This document shows positions 8,423 to 18,908 of a stretch of 64,000 nucleotides of DNA, one piece after another. This DNA comes from Spirochaetia bacterium (GTDB lineage: Bacteria; Spirochaetota; Spirochaetia; SZUA-6; Bin103): assembly GCA_965208575.1 (NCBI GenBank), contig CBDBOV010000005.1, forward strand, positions 640,001 through 704,000. Direction: 5' to 3'. The first letter of the stretch is position 1; each line of letters opens with the position of its first letter. Position numbers and translations under genes: made by a program. Below the pieces are notes generated by a model. That model was given only the letters and a program-made list of their open reading frames with translations, was not told the origin of the DNA and searched no databases.

Positions 8423-10040
8423 GGTCCGCGACCACCTGGGCGGGCGAGCCGCGGGGCAGCAGGCGCTCCTCGCGCCGGTTCCAGGGCAGGAACCGCTGGT
8501 AGTCCTCAGGCACCTGACCGCCCGCGTCCGCGCAGGCGCTCAGATACTCGGTCAGCCAGGTACGCGGGTTGATCTGCCACCGTTCCAGCGTGTGAAACAG
8601 GCTGAACAGCGTCGCACACAGCTCCCCGCTCCACCGCGCCCCCGAGCCGTAGTAGTTCTTGCGCCCCACCACCGGGCCGCGCAGCGCGCGCTCGGCCTGG
8701 TTGTTGTCCATCGGCAGGTCGGGGTCCTCCACGAACCGCGTCAGCCCCTGCCAGTGGTTGCGCAGACTCTTCAGCACCTTCGCGCACGCCGCGGGCAGCT
8801 TCGACTGCTGCGCCAGTTCGCGCTCCCACCGTTCCTGCATCGCACCCACTCCCGCCCTCAGCGCCGCGTCGGCCGCGGCGTACTGTGCCGCCTCACCACG
8901 CACCTCAAGCCGTTCGTCGTTCAGGTGATACAGCGTCGCGATCTCCTCCAGCCACTGCTCGGCCCACTCCTGCTGATCGTCCCTTTCGTTGGCCACCGTA
9001 ATGAAGTCGCGGCGGACGTGCACCCAACAGAACGACAGTTCCAGTTCCGTGTCCTTGGCCAACCGTTTGTACGATGAAAAGCGGTCCACGCTCACCACGC
9101 CGCCGGTCACGGTCGCAAAATGCTGCTTCGGCACCCGCGCCGAACGGGTCGGATCCAGCGTGAACACCACCACCTCGGCACTCCAGAACACCCACAGGCA
9201 CCAGCGACAGCAGGCATCCTCGCTGCTCGCCTCGAACACCTGCCAGCTGGTCTCGTCAGCGTGCCAGTGCTGCTCCGTGCGGCTGCGCGCGATCAGCGCC
9301 TCCCGCAACGGCGCGAACAACGGTGCCAGACGGCGCAGGCCGTCGGTGACGGTGCCTTGGGCAAGATCCAGCCCATGCGCGCGTAGATCCGCCAGCAGCC
9401 GGTACGTCGGTCGATACAGCAGGTACTTGTCGATCAGCACCGTCACCCATACCGAGATGCCCAGGATGCCCTTCGGGATCAGCCGTGCCGGCGGCGGCGC
9501 CGTCCGCAACGCCGGCGTCGTCGCGCACTGGCAACTGCGCCGGTAGCGGCGCCGCTTGATCACCCGCCGGTAGGCGCGCACCTCGATCTCCAACTGCTCG
9601 GAGTCCTCGTTGCCGTGCGCGTGATACCCGGCGCCGCATGCCGGGCAGCGGCGCTGCTCCGGGTCAACCTCGTGGGCTTCCACCCGCACCGGCAGGTGTG
9701 CGTGCCCGCGTCGCCCATGGCCCGCTGCCCCGCGTTGCTGACCGCGCCGCCGCGCTGGCGCCGCGACCGCTGCCTCGGTGGCGCCCGCTGTTCTGGTTCG
9801 CTTCTCGCTGCCGCGGCGCCGCGCCCACCGTTCCCGCAGCCGCTGGCGCAGTTCCTTGACCTTCGCACGCAGCGCCTGCAGTTTCCTCTTCAGCCGCTGC
9901 TCTCGCTCGACCGCCTTGCCATGCATCCTGCGGTAATAGCGCGCCTGCCGGCGCAGTTCCAATACCTCGCGCCGCAGCTCCTCCTGCTCCCTACGGCACG
10001 CCGCCGTGCAGCCATGCGCGCTCCGCCAGAACCCTCCCAC
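8412..10040 (-). CDS. tnpC: IS66 family transposase
   Basis: Coiled coil, CPACG Zn finger, HADETSW, CWVHVRRDF, DNNQAERALR..RKN. Confidence 0.95.
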   Translation of the reverse strand: MGGFWRSAHGCTAACRREQEELRREVLELRRQARYYRRMHGKAVEREQRLKRKLQALRAKVKELRQRLRERWARRRGSEKRTRTAGATEAAVAAPARRRGQQRGAAGHGRRGHAHLPVRVEAHEVDPEQRRCPACGAGYHAHGNEDSEQLEIEVRAYRRVIKRRRYRRSCQCATTPALRTAPPPARLIPKGILGISVWVTVLIDKYLLYRPTYRLLADLRAHGLDLAQGTVTDGLRRLAPLFAPLREALIARSRTEQHWHADETSWQVFEASSEDACCRWCLWVFWSAEVVVFTLDPTRSARVPKQHFATVTGGVVSVDRFSSYKRLAKDTELELSFCWVHVRRDFITVANERDDQQEWAEQWLEEIATLYHLNDERLEVRGEAAQYAAADAALRAGVGAMQERWERELAQQSKLPAACAKVLKSLRNHWQGLTRFVEDPDLPMDNNQAERALRGPVVGRKNYYGSGARWSGELCATLFSLFHTLERWQINPRTWLTEYLSACADAGGQVPEDYQRFLPWNRREERLLPRGSPAQVVADRAA

Positions 10041-10107
10041 ACTTCATCTCTAACACACCGTTCCGGATGTGTCCAGTCCCTCTCACACCCGTAGACCGAA
10101 TGCTTAC

Positions 10108-11721
10108 ATGAGTGAAGCGCCTTCTCCCGCCCTCTGGTCCACCGTCGCCGCGCTCCCCGATCACCTCCTGTTGGCGCAGACCGCGCAGCTCGCCCGCCAC
10201 GAGCAGGCGCTGCAGATCCTGGTGCTCGACCACCTGCGCGAGATCGAGGCGCGCCGCCTCCACCTGACCCACGGGTACGGGAGTCTGTTCGACTACGTGG
10301 TGCATGAACTGGGCTACACCGCGGCCGCCGCTTGGCGGCGCATCAAGGCGATGCGGCTGTGCGACCAGACCAGCGGGGCGCGCGAGCTGCTGCAGGACGG
10401 CTCCCTGAACCTGAGCAACGCGGCGCAACTGCAGAACCTGTTCGAGCGCAGCGACCGCAGCCGGGGCCGTCCGCCGGGCAGTGGCGGCACCGGTGGCGGC
10501 CCGGGCGGGGCGCCGCGGAATGACGACGCACCGGGAGAACCGGCACCGGCGGCACCGAAGCGCCCCGGTGAGTCCGACGCGGCGCCGGTAGCCGGGCCGG
10601 TGCTGGACGCGGCGGCGCGGGAGGAACTGGTCAAGCAGGCGGCGGGCAAGAGCACCCGCGAAGTGCAGCAGATGCTGGCCGAGGTGGCCCCGGAGCTGGC
10701 GCAGCCGAGCGACCGGATGCGCGCGCTCGCAGGCGGCCGCTGGGAACTGAAGGCGACGATCGACACGGAGTGCCGGCACGGCCTGGAGAAGCTGCAGATG
10801 TTGCTGTCGCACACGGACCCGCACCTGACGCTGGGCGGACTCATCGCGCGGCTGGTACAGGACGGCCTGGACCGCTACGACCCGGCACGGCCCCGGGGCA
10901 CGCGGGGCACCGGCGGTCGCGGCTCGGTCAACGGCGCGCGAACCGTGAGCAAGCCGGCGCGGCGCGATACGGAAACGGTGCAGCAAAGCGTGGTGCGTGC
11001 TCAGGGGAGCGATGTCGAACGGCAGAGCGAAGTCGAGCAGGGTGACGCACCGTCCGCGGCCGTGCGCGATGTGGTGCCCGCTCCTTCGGCGCCGAAGCGC
11101 CCCTCGGAAGCCGGGCACGGCAGCGCGTCACCGGCGACGGCACCGAACAGCGGCGGGCACACGACTTCGGCGCCGAAGCGCCACGAGCAAGCCGAGTTCG
11201 GTCGCACTTCCCGTGCCGCGGCGGGGGTCGGCAGCGGGAGAGCCGCTTCGCCGGCGAACCGGCCAGGGCGGGCCGACGACGATGGCCGGGGCGCGGCGGG
11301 AGCGCAGTTCGATGCCGGCATACGCGGCGCTTCGCGGGCACCGGTACGGGGCCACGACCGGTTCACGAGTTCGGCGGCGAAGCGGCTGGCGAACGCAGCC
11401 GGGCAAGGCGCGGTGGAGCGGTCGCCGGCCCTGGCCCGGCACCTCGCCGCGTTGAACGGCTGCGGCGCGTCGCCGGGCTCCCGCTCACGGTACATCCCGG
11501 TGGCCGTACGGCGCGAGGTGTGGCGCCGCGACAACGGTTGTTGCAGCTACGTCGACCCGCACAGCGGCCGGCGCTGCGGTTCCCGCTATCGGCTGGAGAT
11601 CGACCACGTGGTGCCGTTCGCGCTCGGCGGCGCTACCGAGCTGTGGAACCTCAGAATTCGGTGCCGTGCCCACCACCGGTTGCGCCACGCTCCGCACCGT
11701 ACCAACTTGTGCACGAGATAG
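10108..11721 (+). CDS. DUF222-like HNH endonuclease
   Basis: N-terminal GYGSLFDY..ELGY..AWRRI helical domain. C-terminal RD.GCC..C...LEIDHVVPFA.GG..E..NL..CRAHH. Low-complexity linker. Confidence 0.9.
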   Translation: MSEAPSPALWSTVAALPDHLLLAQTAQLARHEQALQILVLDHLREIEARRLHLTHGYGSLFDYVVHELGYTAAAAWRRIKAMRLCDQTSGARELLQDGSLNLSNAAQLQNLFERSDRSRGRPPGSGGTGGGPGGAPRNDDAPGEPAPAAPKRPGESDAAPVAGPVLDAAAREELVKQAAGKSTREVQQMLAEVAPELAQPSDRMRALAGGRWELKATIDTECRHGLEKLQMLLSHTDPHLTLGGLIARLVQDGLDRYDPARPRGTRGTGGRGSVNGARTVSKPARRDTETVQQSVVRAQGSDVERQSEVEQGDAPSAAVRDVVPAPSAPKRPSEAGHGSASPATAPNSGGHTTSAPKRHEQAEFGRTSRAAAGVGSGRAASPANRPGRADDDGRGAAGAQFDAGIRGASRAPVRGHDRFTSSAAKRLANAAGQGAVERSPALARHLAALNGCGASPGSRSRYIPVAVRREVWRRDNGCCSYVDPHSGRRCGSRYRLEIDHVVPFALGGATELWNLRIRCRAHHRLRHAPHRTNLCTR

Positions 11722-11739
11722 CCAGTAGCTCTCAGTGCG

Positions 11740-11955
11740 TTAAGGTTAAGCGTGAACATCAATGATGCGATCTTGCGGGAGCTCCGAGAGCGGGCGCGGA
11801 TTGAGGAACGCCCGTTCGTGACGTGTTGGACCACACGCTGCAGATCGGTCTCGCGCACCTGGACACGCCCGAACCGCGCGCCCGCTTCCGGGTCAAGGCC
11901 CACGCGCTCGGGATCAAGCCAGGCAATCGCGGCGTGAGCATGAATCAGCTCTCCG
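11740..11955 (+). pseudogene. Frameshifted RHH/VapB-like antitoxin remnant
   Basis: LSVNINDAILRELRERA..RPF, then a 1-nt shift near 11817 continuing DVLDHTLQIGL..RFRVKAHALG..SMNQL. No toxin follows. Confidence 0.6.
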
Positions 11956-12068
11956 CGCACCACACGGATAGCGTCGGCCAGTTGTGTGTCACAGGTAGGG
12001 ATTTCGTCTTGTAAGGAAGTTGCGCGTCTCCGGTTTGCAGGGCGGATCGAATGGGTAAGGATGCGCCC

Positions 12069-12713
12069 ATGAATGAACCGTTGTTGCGTGCGCTGTGCGA
12101 TGCGCCGGGGGTGTCGGGTTGGGAGGACGAGGTGCGCGAGCTGGCGCGCGCCGAGATGGAGCCGCATGCCGACGAGGTGCGCGTGGACCGGCTCGGCAAC
12201 CTGGTGGCGGTGCGCCGTGCGGCGCGTAGCGCCGGCAGCGGACCGCCGCTCAAGGTGATGGTGGCCGCCCACATGGACGAGATCGGTTTCATGGTGAAGG
12301 CGATCGATGAGCGCGGTTTCATCCGCGTGCAGCCGGTGGGCGGCTTCGATCCGCGTACGCTGGTTTCGCAGCGGGCGGTGATCCATGGCCGGCAGCGCGT
12401 CGGCGCGGCGTTTGCCCCCATTCCCAACTGGATCGAGAGCGACGAGGAGCGGCGCCGCGTCACGCCGCTCGACCTGCTGGTAGACACCGCGCGGCGCCAC
12501 GAGATCCCATACCAGGTGACGATGTGGGGCGGAACCGACGCATCGGCGATGCAGCGCACCCGCTCCGGCGCACTGGCATGCACCGTCGGCGTACCGGTGC
12601 GCTACATGCACTCCACCGTGCAACTCGCCCACTGGGACGATATCGAGGGCAACGTCGCTCTCATGCGCGGCTTCCTCGCGCGCGCCCACGAACTGACCCC
12701 GCACTGCCGGTAG
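12069..12713 (+). pseudogene. M42 family aminopeptidase with a large in-frame internal deletion
   Basis: Has PGVSGWE, AAHMDEIG, GGTDA and RYMHS. Lacks the central DDR and QEEVG metal/catalytic motifs; ~214 aa. Confidence 0.75.
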
Positions 12714-12755
12714 CGCAACTGTCCGGCGGGCACAGGCGAGCGCGGGCCCGACCGG

Positions 12756-15080
12756 TTACAGGCTGCGCGGTGCGCGTGCGACGGCGCCGCTGACGAGGTG
12801 GCAGGCGGCGTGGTGACCCGGCGCGCCGTCCACGGAGGTCAGCTCCGGCTGTTGCTCGCGGCAGTGCGGCTGCGCGAACGGGCAGCGGGTGTGGAAGCGG
12901 CAGCCGGACGGCGGCGCGGCGGCATTCGGCACGTCGCCGGCAAGCGCGACCCGCCTCCGCCGCCGGCGTGGGTCGATGTGCGGCACTGCCGACAGCAGCG
13001 CCTGCGTGTAGGGGTGGGCAGGCTCGGCAAACAGGCGCCCGGCGTCGGCCTGCTCCACGATCTGGCCCAGGTACATCACCGCCACCCGGTCGCAGATGTG
13101 GCGCACCACCGACAGGTCATGGGCAATGAACAGGTAGGTCAGGCCCAGGTCGCGCTGCAGGTCCTGCAGGAGGTTGAGGATCTGCGCCTGGATCGACACG
13201 TCGAGCGCCGACACCGGTTCGTCGCACACCAGCAGCTTGGGGGCCAGCGCCAGGGCGCGGGCGATGCCGATGCGCTGGCGCTGGCCGCCGGAGAACTGGT
13301 GCGGATAGCGTGCGGCGTGCTCGGGCGCCAGCCCCACCCGGCGCAGCAGCTCGGGTACGCGCTCGTGCGCGGCGCGCCGCCGGCCGTGGATGACGAACGG
13401 CTCGGCGAGCATGTCGCGCACCGTCATGCGCGGATTGAGGGAGCTGAACGGGTCCTGGAACACGATCTGCATGTCGCGGCGCAACGCGCGCAGCGCTTCG
13501 CCCCGCAGCGCGAATACCGGCGCACCCTCGAACCGGACGCTGCCGCCGGTGGCGCGCAGCAGGCGCAGCAGCAGGCGCCCGGTGGTGCTCTTGCCGCACC
13601 CCGACTCGCCCACCAGCCCGAGCGTCTCGCCGCGCGCCAGGTCGAAGCTGACACCATCGACCGCGCGGACGTGCCCCACCACGTGGCGGAAGATGCCGGC
13701 CGTGACCGGAAAGTGCATGGTGAGGCCGCGCGCCTCCAGCAGGACATCGTTCCCGGCTGCCGGCCCGGTTGCCGCGGCGGGCATGACCGCGGCGGTGGCG
13801 CCACCGCCGGCGACCCGTGCCGCCGTACCGCCGGGCGCCGCCGGTGCCGCCGGTGCCGCCGGTGCCGCCGACGCGCGACCGCCGGCGGCAGCCGAGCCGG
13901 CGGGACTGCCGCCGGGGAACCCCTCCGCGGCAGCGCGCGTCGCCGGGTCTCCCGTCGGATCTGGCGGGAGACCGTCGGCCGAGGCCGGGTCGCGGAAACC
14001 GCCGCCGGGAGACTCGTCCGCCGCCACTGTCTTCCCGGCGCCCGCCTCCGCGGCGTTCGCCAGCGCGGCGCCAGGATCGTACAGGAGGCAGCGCGCCAGG
14101 CGGGCGTCGCCGGCCGGCAGCAGCGGCGGCGGCCCTTGCCGGCAGCGGTCAACGGCGAATTCGCAGCGCGGGGCGAACGCGCAGCCGGGCGGCAGCCGCA
14201 GCGGGTCGGGCACCGCGCCGGTGATCGGGGTGAGCCGGGCGCCGCGCGGCGCCTCGATGTTCGGGATCGACTGCAGCAGCGCGCGCGTGTAGGGGTGGCG
14301 CGGTGCGGCGAACAGCTCCGCGGTGGCGGCCTGTTCCACCACCTGGCCGGCGTACATCACCACCACCCGTTGCGCCATCTCCGCCACCACGCCGAGGTCG
14401 TGGGTGATGATTACCACCGCGGTGCCGAAGCGCGGCGACAGTTCGCGGATCAGTTCCAGGATCTGCGCCTGAATGGTCACGTCGAGCGCCGTGGTCGGTT
14501 CGTCGGCGATCAGCAGCGCCGGGTCGCAGCTCAGCGCCATGGCGATCATCACCCGTTGCCGCATGCCCCCGGAGAACTGGTGCGGGTAGTCGAACACGCG
14601 CTGCTCCGGCGAGGGAATGCCCACCAGGCGCAGCATTTCCAGCGTGCGCGCCAGCGCCTGCCGCTTGCGCAGGCCGCGATGGATACGCAGCGCTTCGATG
14701 ACCTGGTCGCCGATGGCATGCACCGGGTTGAGCGACGACATCGGCTCCTGGAAGATCATCGCGATCTCGTTGCCGCGGATGCGCTGCATCTGCTCCGGGG
14801 TCTTGCCGAGCAGGTCTTCGCCGCGGAAGCGGATGGAGCCGGCCACCACCCGGCCGGGAGCATCCACCAGCCCCAGGATCGACAGCGCGGTTACCGACTT
14901 GCCGCAACCCGACTCGCCCACCACGGCCACGGTCTCGTCGGCCAGCACCTCCAGGTCCACGCCGTTGACTGCCGCGACCACGCCCCGGTCGGTGGCGAAG
15001 TGGGTGGCCAGCCCGCGTACCTCCAGCAGCGCGTCGAGCGCCGGGGCCGGCGAATCGCTCACTGCGCTCATTGCGCTCAT
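12756..15080 (-). CDS. Fused dipeptide/oligopeptide ABC ATPase (OppD-OppF)
   Basis: Two GESGCGKS Walker A motifs, two FSGG signatures and two oligo_HPY tails. Ala/Pro/Gly linker. Confidence 0.92.
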   Translation of the reverse strand: MSAMSAVSDSPAPALDALLEVRGLATHFATDRGVVAAVNGVDLEVLADETVAVVGESGCGKSVTALSILGLVDAPGRVVAGSIRFRGEDLLGKTPEQMQRIRGNEIAMIFQEPMSSLNPVHAIGDQVIEALRIHRGLRKRQALARTLEMLRLVGIPSPEQRVFDYPHQFSGGMRQRVMIAMALSCDPALLIADEPTTALDVTIQAQILELIRELSPRFGTAVVIITHDLGVVAEMAQRVVVMYAGQVVEQAATAELFAAPRHPYTRALLQSIPNIEAPRGARLTPITGAVPDPLRLPPGCAFAPRCEFAVDRCRQGPPPLLPAGDARLARCLLYDPGAALANAAEAGAGKTVAADESPGGGFRDPASADGLPPDPTGDPATRAAAEGFPGGSPAGSAAAGGRASAAPAAPAAPAAPGGTAARVAGGGATAAVMPAAATGPAAGNDVLLEARGLTMHFPVTAGIFRHVVGHVRAVDGVSFDLARGETLGLVGESGCGKSTTGRLLLRLLRATGGSVRFEGAPVFALRGEALRALRRDMQIVFQDPFSSLNPRMTVRDMLAEPFVIHGRRRAAHERVPELLRRVGLAPEHAARYPHQFSGGQRQRIGIARALALAPKLLVCDEPVSALDVSIQAQILNLLQDLQRDLGLTYLFIAHDLSVVRHICDRVAVMYLGQIVEQADAGRLFAEPAHPYTQALLSAVPHIDPRRRRRRVALAGDVPNAAAPPSGCRFHTRCPFAQPHCREQQPELTSVDGAPGHHAACHLVSGAVARAPRSL

Positions 15081-16126
15081 TGCTTCATGCGCGGGTCGAG
15101 GGCGTCGCGCAGGCCGTCGCCGAGAAAATTGAAGCACAGCATGGTCAGCGCCAGGGCGATGCCGGGGAAAATCGCCAGGTGCGGGTGCGAGCGCATGCTG
15201 GTGATGCCGTCGGAGATCATCGCGCCCCAACTCGGCGTGGGCGGGTCGACACCGAGCCCGATGAAGCTCAGAAACGCCTCGGTGGCGATCAGTCCGGGAA
15301 TCATCAGGGTCACCTGCACGACGCCGGGACCGACCAGGTTGGGCAGCAGGTGGCGCACCACGACCCGCGCCGGGCGCGCGCCGAGGGCGCGTGCCGCCTG
15401 CACGAACTCCGTCTCGCGCAGCGACAGCGCCATGCCGCGCGCCAGCCGCGCCAGCCCCACCCAGGAGGTGAGGCTGATGCCGGCCAGGATGAACAGCATG
15501 CCGCCCATGGCGCGGTCCAGCGACACCACGGCGCGCACCAGCGCGCTGGGATCCTCGCGCTGGCCGAACCCCAGCTTGAACACCACCAGCAGCAGGATGA
15601 TGAACAGCAGGCTCGGGAATGCGTACAGCAGGTCCACCACCCGCATCATCGCGTTGTCGGCGCGGCCGCCGGCATAGCCGGCCACGGTGCCGTACGCGAC
15701 GCCGACCAGGAACGCGGTCAGCGCGCCGAGCAGGCCGACGACCAGGGAGATGCGCGCCCCGTAGACAAGCCGCGACAGCAGGTCGCGGCCGAGGAAGTCG
15801 GCGCCCAGCAGGTAGTCGCCGCCGGGCTTCGCGAAGGTCTGCTCGAAGTCCCCGTCGGCGTAATGGCGAGGTGCGATCGCCGGCGCCATCGCGGCCATGG
15901 CCAGCAGCAGCCCGACCACGCACCCTCCCGCCACCGCCAGCCGGTTGCGCAACAGACGCCGCCAGGCGTCACGCCAGAGGCTGTCGCCGCCTGCCCGCGG
16001 CCGCCCGCTGCGCCGGTGGGAGCCGGGGCGCGCGCCGCCGTCGCCAGGCGCCTCGCGCTGCCGGCCCGGTGCCGCGTCCCGCGCGGCGGTTCGGCGCGCC
16101 ACCCATGGCAGCCGGTGTTTCGCCAC
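15077..16126 (-). CDS. oppC: Oligopeptide ABC permease
   Basis: [25 protein letters not shown] and PTPSWG motifs. Confidence 0.92.
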   Translation of the reverse strand: MAKHRLPWVARRTAARDAAPGRQREAPGDGGARPGSHRRSGRPRAGGDSLWRDAWRRLLRNRLAVAGGCVVGLLLAMAAMAPAIAPRHYADGDFEQTFAKPGGDYLLGADFLGRDLLSRLVYGARISLVVGLLGALTAFLVGVAYGTVAGYAGGRADNAMMRVVDLLYAFPSLLFIILLLVVFKLGFGQREDPSALVRAVVSLDRAMGGMLFILAGISLTSWVGLARLARGMALSLRETEFVQAARALGARPARVVVRHLLPNLVGPGVVQVTLMIPGLIATEAFLSFIGLGVDPPTPSWGAMISDGITSMRSHPHLAIFPGIALALTMLCFNFLGDGLRDALDPRMKQ

Positions 16127-16133
16127 GGGCTGC

Positions 16134-17060
16134 TTAGGGCGCCTCCAGGCGAATGCGCGGGTCGATCCAGGAGTAGGCCAGGTCCACCGCCAGGTTGGCG
16201 ATCACCAGCACCGCCGTGTACAGCAGCGTGGTGCCCATGATCACCGGGTAGTCGCGGTCCCCCACCGAGCCGACGTAGAAGTCGCCCAGGCCGGGGATGG
16301 CGAAGATCTGCTCGACCACCATGGAGCCGGTCACCAGCGCCGCGAACAGCGGTCCGAGCACCGTCACCACCGGGATCAGCGCGTTGCGCAGCGCGTGATG
16401 GACGATCACCCGCCGTTCGCTCACCCCCTTGGCGCGCGCCGTGCGCACGTAGTCTTCGCGGATCACCTGCAGCATGCTCGCACGCGTCAGCCGCGCCAGG
16501 ATGGCGGCTTGCCCGATGCCCAGGGTAAAGGCCGGCATCACCGCCTGCTGCCACGACCCCCAGCGCGCCACCGGCAGCACTCCCAGTTGCAGGGCCAGCC
16601 CCCACATCAGCAGCGGCCCGAGGGTCAGCGCCGGCACCGAGACGCCGGACACCGCCATGAACATCGCCGCGTAGTCGGCGAGCGTGTTCTGGCGCAGCGC
16701 CGACACGATGCCGAGCGGCACGCCGATCACCACCGCCACGCCCAGCGCCAGCGTGCCGAGCACGAACGACACCGGGAAATGGCGCGCGATGATCTCGTTC
16801 ACGCTGCGGTCCCTGGCCAGGTAGGAGGGGCCGAGATCGCCGCGCAGGGCGCCGCCCATGTAGCGCAGGTACTGTCGCCACACCGGCTCGTCCAGGTGGT
16901 AGTGCGCCTCCAGCCGGGCGATCACCTCCGGCGGCAGCGGCTTGTCCTCCTGATCGAACGGATTGCCCGGTACCGAGTGCATCAGGAAGAAGGTGACCGC
17001 CGAGATCACCAGCAATACCGGCACCAGCCACAACAGCCGGCGCACCAGGTAGGTCAGCAC
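16134..17060 (-). CDS. oppB: Oligopeptide ABC permease
   Basis: YVRTARAKG, HALRNALIP and VEQIFAIPGLG motifs. Confidence 0.93.
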   Translation of the reverse strand: MLTYLVRRLLWLVPVLLVISAVTFFLMHSVPGNPFDQEDKPLPPEVIARLEAHYHLDEPVWRQYLRYMGGALRGDLGPSYLARDRSVNEIIARHFPVSFVLGTLALGVAVVIGVPLGIVSALRQNTLADYAAMFMAVSGVSVPALTLGPLLMWGLALQLGVLPVARWGSWQQAVMPAFTLGIGQAAILARLTRASMLQVIREDYVRTARAKGVSERRVIVHHALRNALIPVVTVLGPLFAALVTGSMVVEQIFAIPGLGDFYVGSVGDRDYPVIMGTTLLYTAVLVIANLAVDLAYSWIDPRIRLEAP

Positions 17061-17145
17061 CGCGGTTGGTCGGCGCGCGCCGCGGCCGGGGGCAGGCGTT
17101 GCATGGCAAGCTCCCCGCGGCCGCGCTCGCCCACCCGCGTCAAGC

Positions 17146-18735
17146 TCAGTTGAGCTCCCAGTCCTTGAACAGCTTCATGAACTGCGGGGTCTGCGGGCGG
17201 TCCACGTACGGCTTGGTGAGCGAGTTGTCCGCGTACCAGTAGATCGGGATCACGCCCACCTGCTCCTGCACCAGGATGCGCTCGGCGATGCGATACAACT
17301 GCTGCCGCGTTGCCAGGTCGCTCTCCACCGCCGCTTCCTCGATGATGCGGTCGTACTCCGGATTCTTGAACGTCGCCGGCTGCCCGACGCTGCTGTGGAA
17401 CAGCTCCATGTGGATGTTGTGCGCGTCCGGGTAGTCCATGCCCCAGCCCATGCGCCACACGTCGTGCGCGCCCTGCGCCGCGTTCACGGAGTAGGCGCGC
17501 CCCTCGACGCCGCGCAGCGACACCGTGGCGCCGAGCGTGTCCTGCCACATCTTCTGAATCGCCTGGGCGATGTTCTGGTGCAACTGACTGGCGTTGTAAC
17601 CCAGCTCGATCTCCGGCAGTCCTTCGCCATCCGGATATCCTGCCTGCGCCAGCCACGCCTTGGCCTGCTCCGGGTCGTACGCGATGCCGATGCCGGCTTC
17701 GTTGGCCACGTGGCCGGTGGAGCCGGGCGGCGTCATGGTGCCGGCGGGCACTTCACCGCCGCGCGTAATGCGTCCGGTGACCGTGTCCTTGTCCAGTGCC
17801 GCGGCAAACGCCCTGCGCACCAGCACCTGGTTGAACGGCGGCTTGGCGACGTTGAAGAAGTAGTAGTACACCACGAACCGCGGGCCGTTGTAGTACTCGG
17901 GGCCGAGCACGCCGTCGCCGCGGATGCGGTCCAGCTCGCCCGGCGGTATCGACTCGATGAAGTCCAGCTCGCCGGCCTCGTACATCGCCAACTGGGTGGA
18001 CGCGTCCTTGACCACGAAGAAGGTGATGCGCGGAATGTCCACGCTGCCGGCGTCGAAGTAGCCGTCATTGCGCTCCAGCACGTAGCGGTCCTCCGGCACC
18101 GCCTCGACCAGCTTGTAGGGGCCGTTGACCACGATATTGTCCGGCTTCACCCAGTCGGTGCCGTGCTGCTCGCGCGCCTGGCGCGGCACGCTGTGGCCCA
18201 TCGAGCTGAGCGACGACAGGAACCAGGTCGCCGGCTCGGTCAGGGTGATGGTGAGCGTGAGGTCGTCCACCGCATGCACGCCGAGCGCCGACGGCGGCTG
18301 CTCGCCGGCGTTCACCGCGGCGGCATTCTCGATCACGAACGCGCGATAGGAGATCGGTGCCGCGCTGTCGGGATCGACGATGGTCCGGAACGAGTACTCG
18401 AAGTCGGCGGCGGTAACCGGACTGCCGTCGGACCAGGTCAGGCCGGGCCGCAGGGTGAACGTGTAGGTGCGGCCGTCTTCAGAGACGGTCCACGACTCGG
18501 CCGCGTTGGCAATCGGCTCGGAGCGGTTGTAGTCCCAGTCCACCAGGGTCAGAAACTGCTGCGCCGCCAATATGTGCAGCCAGTTGGTCGCCGGATCGAA
18601 GTTGCCGGGCTCGCCCGGCAGCGCCAAGCTGATTCCGGCCTGCCCGGCGGCATCCGATTCGCCCGCGGCAGAGGCGAAACTGCCCGCAGCGGCCACTACC
18701 AGCAGCGCCAGCGCTGCGCCAATTACTCGTCTCAT
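17146..18735 (-). CDS. oppA: Peptide ABC substrate-binding protein
   Basis: Signal peptide, AESWTVSEDG.TYTFTLR, WSDGSPVTAADF and NGPYKL motifs. AGGAGG RBS. Confidence 0.92.
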   Translation of the reverse strand: MRRVIGAALALLVVAAAGSFASAAGESDAAGQAGISLALPGEPGNFDPATNWLHILAAQQFLTLVDWDYNRSEPIANAAESWTVSEDGRTYTFTLRPGLTWSDGSPVTAADFEYSFRTIVDPDSAAPISYRAFVIENAAAVNAGEQPPSALGVHAVDDLTLTITLTEPATWFLSSLSSMGHSVPRQAREQHGTDWVKPDNIVVNGPYKLVEAVPEDRYVLERNDGYFDAGSVDIPRITFFVVKDASTQLAMYEAGELDFIESIPPGELDRIRGDGVLGPEYYNGPRFVVYYYFFNVAKPPFNQVLVRRAFAAALDKDTVTGRITRGGEVPAGTMTPPGSTGHVANEAGIGIAYDPEQAKAWLAQAGYPDGEGLPEIELGYNASQLHQNIAQAIQKMWQDTLGATVSLRGVEGRAYSVNAAQGAHDVWRMGWGMDYPDAHNIHMELFHSSVGQPATFKNPEYDRIIEEAAVESDLATRQQLYRIAERILVQEQVGVIPIYWYADNSLTKPYVDRPQTPQFMKLFKDWELN

Positions 18736-18908
18736 GATACCTCCTCGCCTGCAGATGCGCGTTCGCCGTTCCCACCTGTCATGCGTCAATGAGCGTATTA
18801 CGCCTGTCGGCCCAGGTCAAATGCCCGCATCGGTCGGCACAGCCACGCCGTGCGGACCGGTGTTCGTGGTAGCATGACCGGCATGCGCTTCATCCGAGGA
18901 GAATCACC

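Larger units (their letters stand above)
7513..10107 (-). mobile_element. IS66-family element (tnpC only) carrying a DUF4338 gene
   Basis: IRs GTAAACATTCGGT (7513-7525) and ACCGAATGCTTAC (10095-10107). Perfect 8-bp TSD ATGAGTGA at 7505-7512 and 10108-10115. Confidence 0.97.

Noticed and set aside
15081-15923. N-terminal extension of the 1055-aa ABC ATPase ORF
   Set aside because: It overlaps oppC out of frame. The ATGA-coupled start at 15080 is more plausible.
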